Source: Nageia nagi
Taxonomy: Eukaryota; Plantae; Pinophyta
Reading direction: 5' to 3'
NCBI GenBank assembly: GCA_050084985.1
Contig: JBITNC010000001.1
Span: 52,948,001 to 53,012,000, forward strand
Length of the DNA stretch: 64,000 nucleotides
The notes below the pieces were generated by a model that worked only from the letters and a program-made list of their open reading frames with translations, had not been told where the DNA came from and made no database searches. The translations under genes were made by a program, and so were the position numbers. Below, piece by piece: positions 63,242 to 64,000 of this stretch. How positions within the stretch are numbered: position 1 is the stretch's first letter; the number at the start of each line of letters is the position of its first letter.

Positions 63242-64000
63242 TGTTAGAATTTGTAATGAAATATTGTGAATATCTAGACTCCTTGTAAATTCAATTAATC
63301 ACTTAAGGGTATGTAGATACCTTAAATGATTAATAGAATTCTTTAATGTATAGACTTTGACTTTACCAAAGGAGTTAGTTGGTAGGTTGAAGTTTGGTGG
63401 TACATTTAATGTAACCCTAACCTTACCCTTGGGTTAAAGGAAGGTTAGGGAGGTGCTCTCTACCTATAAATAGAGGGCCTCTCCTCATGTAAACATATCT
63501 AAGTTTTGAGTAAGATTACTCTACTTGGTTGTGTAGGAGAGAGCTAGAGAATAGTTGTAAGAGAGACATAGATTTGAGAATAAGAGAGCTAGTTGTGGAT
63601 GTACTCCCAAGGAGGGAGGAACCACATTATATTGGTGTCATATTGTGTGAATGATGTTCTTAGAATTATAGATGTGTTATCTTGAGTTTCCTAGTCTAAG
63701 GTCCTAGAGGATTTGTTTAGATCTAGTTCAAATCCTTCAATTGGTATCAGAGCCTTGTTGAGGAAGCTCTTTTGGTGTGGAAGCTACATTTTGGAGGTGC
63801 TTCATCCTTCTCAAATTTGGAGATCTTAATCCTAATCTTCATTGTGAGGTAAAAGGTTTGCAAAGGTATAACCTTCTATCCTTCTTTAACTAAGTTCATT
63901 ATGATACTAATCTTTTGTATGATTATGCTAGCTCAATGTCTTAGCAATACCATAATATATTTTTGCTATTCTCTTCTTACTAACAATATTTTATGTTAGT
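63242..64000 (+). mobile_element. Second copy of the young copia family: 5' LTR 63242-63739, PBS 63742-63754 and start of the leader (runs off the window)
   Basis: Near-identical to 43819-44590. The 498-bp LTR has a 10-bp deletion and ~3 substitutions; PBS TGGTATCAGAGCC. Confidence 0.97.

Overview
AT-rich, repeat-saturated plant nuclear DNA (a large, probably gymnosperm-type genome; inference). I found no intact host gene. The window is a stack of nested transposons. (1) A very young, structurally complete Ty1/copia element at 43819-52582: 508-bp LTRs differing at one position by eye, GCGCT TSD, tRNA-iMet PBS, a ~2.9-kb leader that looks like an intron, gag-pol broken by one TGA in RNase H, two identical PPTs, and a 3' array of stem-loop repeats with compensatory changes. 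A second copy of this family starts at 63242. (2) An old, pol-less Tat/Ogre-like gypsy element at 10633-18468 carrying an antisense plant mobile domain (PMD) ORF. It and a TRIM (18925-19989) both sit inside the same decayed ORF. (3) An unusual element at 21722-23764 with 70-bp TIRs, CTAG at both ends and no TSD, which has captured the 3' end of a GH17 beta-1,3-glucanase gene; a 156-bp miniature of it lies next door. (4) Decayed copia, gypsy, LINE and CACTA remnants, a solo LTR and a dimeric satellite. (5) An array of 46-bp palindromes split by the young copia. (6) An unprocessed TRRAP/TRA1 pseudogene fragment of 3 exons at 54818-58872 (minus strand). All comparisons were made by eye; no searches were run.
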